Below, piece after piece: positions 35,495 through 37,305 of a stretch of DNA of 37,305 bases. Position 1 is the stretch's first letter. The number at the start of each line of letters is the position of its first letter. The notes beneath the pieces are model-generated. The model worked only from the letters and a program-made list of their open reading frames with translations. It ran no database searches and was not told the origin of the DNA. The stretch is taken from positions 1 to 37,305 of IMG/VR virus record IMGVR_UViG_3300035102_000519, one strand, 5' to 3'. The stretch is from a virus (taxonomy: Duplodnaviria > Caudoviricetes). Made by a program: the position numbers and the translations under genes.

Positions 35495-36195
35495 TGACCA
35501 TATTGTTTGATTTTGATTTCTCCGCCTACTCCACCGGCACTGAACTTCAGGAGATCGCCCCAGAATGGGTATTGTCCGGTAGCCCGAGACTGGGGGTGCG
35601 CTCAACGGGCAGGCTTTCTCACACCGTATACACCGGGGGCTCTTATAAATACCATCGCCCTGGGCCAGTCCGTTGGTCCATTGATGTGTTCGCGGGAGAC
35701 CCCACGAATGGAGGCCCAGCATGGTATTTCGGCGTAGGCAACTCGGGGGTCTCAGACACCGCTGGCGCATACGTCCAATATAATTTTGCTGCCCAGCAGT
35801 GGCGCATTACCGAAGGGTATACCGTTCGTGGGTCGGTTGCCGATGACTGGCACACTCTGGGCGCAGCCCGTCGGCTGATCCTCGATTGGGCCCCGGCCGC
35901 CAAAACCCTGTCCCTGACGGTCGTGGATGGAGGTGTTGAGGTGGGCAGTTCGACTGTCACGGGCATAACTCCCGATGGGGATTATCTGTTTTTGGCCGCC
36001 CGTTGGAACGACGAGGCCTACCACACCATCACGTTGTCGGCCATGTCGGCCACGGATGGGGCCGTCGAGTCCACTCTTTTGCCGTTTAAAGCCTATGTCT
36101 CTGGTACCTGGGTAACAGGCACCTTTAAGTGTTACACCGACGGGGCCTGGATCCCCGGGCAGCTCAAGCGCTTCAACGGCACGAGTTGGGATTAG
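35491..36195 (+). CDS. Beta-rich hypothetical protein, possible receptor-binding/lectin-like tip
   Basis: Aromatic/Gly/Thr-rich; C-terminal triple K.Y..G.W repeat; position in fibre module. Confidence 0.7.
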   Translation: MMTILFDFDFSAYSTGTELQEIAPEWVLSGSPRLGVRSTGRLSHTVYTGGSYKYHRPGPVRWSIDVFAGDPTNGGPAWYFGVGNSGVSDTAGAYVQYNFAAQQWRITEGYTVRGSVADDWHTLGAARRLILDWAPAAKTLSLTVVDGGVEVGSSTVTGITPDGDYLFLAARWNDEAYHTITLSAMSATDGAVESTLLPFKAYVSGTWVTGTFKCYTDGAWIPGQLKRFNGTSWD

Positions 36196-36221
36196 CTTTT
36201 TGACAACTGAATAGGGCGACC

Positions 36222-36256
36222 AAAAGACAACAGCCCGCCGGATCACTCCGACGGGC
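36222..36256 (-). terminator. Intrinsic terminator, minus strand
   Basis: Minus: GCCCGUCGGA-GUGA-UCCGGCGGGC-UGUUGUCUUUU (GNRA loop, G-U pair only on minus). Confidence 0.7.
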
Positions 36257-36269
36257 CGAGCCAAGAGGA

Positions 36270-36354
36270 ACAGGCGGGGGCGCTGCAACGCCCCCACTGG
36301 CGCTGTACGGACATACAGCTCCACCGGCCGAGGCCAGCTGCTCCATTCACCTGT
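36270..36354 (-). ncRNA. Candidate cloverleaf structured RNA upstream of com
   Basis: Closing stem ACAGGU/GCCUGU with three hairpin arms; promoter-like TTTACA-N18-TATTTC at 36397-36368; terminator downstream. Confidence 0.5.
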
Positions 36355-36407
36355 ACAGGCTGAAGAGGAAATAGCAGGCCGCGACACAACATGTAAAGTA
36401 AGGTAAT

Positions 36408-36614
36408 ATGAATGAGTTTCGTTGTCGCAGATGCCACCGACTGCTAGCTATGGAAACTATCGAAGACGGCGCGCTAGACATCCAGTGCCCGCGTTGCAAG
36501 ACAATGAACCGTCTGAGGACCGAGAGTCCCGACCATGAAGGCCACCGAGCCTCCCCCAAGGAGCAACGACGTGCCTTCCCGAAAGAAACCCCATCATCCC
36601 CCCATCCCTGGTAG
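36408..36614 (+). CDS. com: Com family zinc-finger translational activator
   Basis: EFRCRRCHRLLA..IQCPRCKTMN; overlaps mom start. Confidence 0.92.
   Translation: MNEFRCRRCHRLLAMETIEDGALDIQCPRCKTMNRLRTESPDHEGHRASPKEQRRAFPKETPSSPHPW
36537..36578 (+). promoter_or_regulatory. mom translation-inhibition hairpin
   Basis: GAAGG-C-CAC (36537-45) pairs with GTG-CCTTC (36571-78); CTCC (36551-54) pairs with SD GGAG (36560-63). Confidence 0.65.
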
Positions 36615-37305
36615 ATTCGATCCGCCCACCGAAGACCGCCCCGGTTACATTGAGGGCGAGTCCGGTGTGGCCGGGTTCGGCTGCCGCGACTTCTACGTGG
36701 CCTGGATTCACTCCAGACTGGCCAGAGAGTTGATCCTCAAGCATCACTACTCTCATCGCATCGTCAACAACAGCTATTGCCATCTGGGCGTTTACTACCG
36801 CCGCAACTTGGCCGGGGCGCTGTCCTTTGGATACGCGCTGAACCCAGTTCAGGTAGGCAAGATCGTGCCAGACACTAAGATCGGCGAGTATATGGAGCTG
36901 AACCGCATGTGGCTGGCCGACGTGGCCCCCAGGAACAGTGAGAGTCGGGCATTGTCCTATGCTTTCAAGTACATCAAACGGGCTTGTCCCTCCGTGGCCT
37001 GGGTCCAGTCCTTCGCGGACGAACGCTGCGGGCGCAACGGCGTGGTCTACCAGGCGAGCAACTTCCTTTATTGTGGGCACCACTGGACAGACTTCTACTT
37101 CCTGGACGCGGAATATTATCACCCCATGTTGCTCACCGCGCACAAGAAAAGCGGTGTGCGAGGGCGTATCCTGCGCGAAGAGAAGAATCGAGCGATCCCG
37201 CTCCGCTTTAGGCAGTTTCGCTATGTCTATTTCATTAAAAATAGCTGGCGCAAGCGCCTGGCGCTCAAGACCCACCCATACCCCAAACCCGAGGCCCAGG
37301 ACTGA
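36571..37305 (+). CDS. mom: Mom adenine-modification enzyme (GNAT-like), GTG start
   Basis: HYS..VNNSY.HLGV, GYALNP, YMELNRMWL, PRNSESRA.SY, WVQSFADERCG..GVVYQASNF motifs as in Mu Mom; AAGGAG SD. Confidence 0.93.
   Translation: MPSRKKPHHPPIPGRFDPPTEDRPGYIEGESGVAGFGCRDFYVAWIHSRLARELILKHHYSHRIVNNSYCHLGVYYRRNLAGALSFGYALNPVQVGKIVPDTKIGEYMELNRMWLADVAPRNSESRALSYAFKYIKRACPSVAWVQSFADERCGRNGVVYQASNFLYCGHHWTDFYFLDAEYYHPMLLTAHKKSGVRGRILREEKNRAIPLRFRQFRYVYFIKNSWRKRLALKTHPYPKPEAQD

Larger units (their letters stand above)
1..37305. mobile_element. Mu-like transposable prophage (myovirus, B3/BcepMu-type gene order), ends not included
   Basis: DDE transposase + AAA ATPase, gam, gemA, mor, Mu gp27-gp48-like morphogenesis genes in order, sheath and tube, com-mom at right end. 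Confidence 0.97.

Noticed and set aside
32801-36195. Gin/gix invertible tail-fibre segment
   Set aside because: No serine invertase, no inverted fibre copy, no flanking inverted repeats seen
36340-36378. CTGAAGA..GAAA resembling a second hammerhead core on the plus strand
   Set aside because: No stem II between CUGAAGA and GAAA and no correctly placed UH cleavage site
36535-36570. ATG 36535 as mom start (ORF track)
   Set aside because: No SD; GTG 36571 has AAGGAG and gives a Mu-Mom-like length and start context
1-37305. Host assignment (style suggests a Desulfovibrio-like Gram-negative)
   Set aside because: No host genes in the window; spanins and lipoproteins support only a diderm host

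Overview
The window is an almost complete transposable (Mu-like) myovirus prophage of about 37.3 kb with B3/BcepMu-type layout. A leftward early operon (ner-like regulator, IclR-type HTH, DDE transposase, AAA transposition ATPase, gam, gemA, mor) diverges from a central repressor. Rightward lysis, head, contractile-tail and tail-fibre modules follow, ending in a com-mom DNA-modification operon. The window starts and ends at stop codons, so the phage ends are not visible. The most interesting signals are non-coding. (1) The MuF head protein carries a putative C-terminal BECR-fold RNase with no immunity ORF after it; instead there is a convergent, apparently separately transcribed cloverleaf-like RNA (candidate RNA antitoxin or decoy). 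(2) A complete type I hammerhead ribozyme sits just upstream of gemA-mor. (3) A second minus-strand cloverleaf RNA unit lies upstream of com-mom. (4) Two identical palindromic late-promoter boxes are each fused to a terminator, with a hairpin that would lock holin translation on read-through RNA. (5) The major capsid protein has a signal-peptide-like leader. Product calls come from motif recognition and synteny only; no database search or folding program was run.
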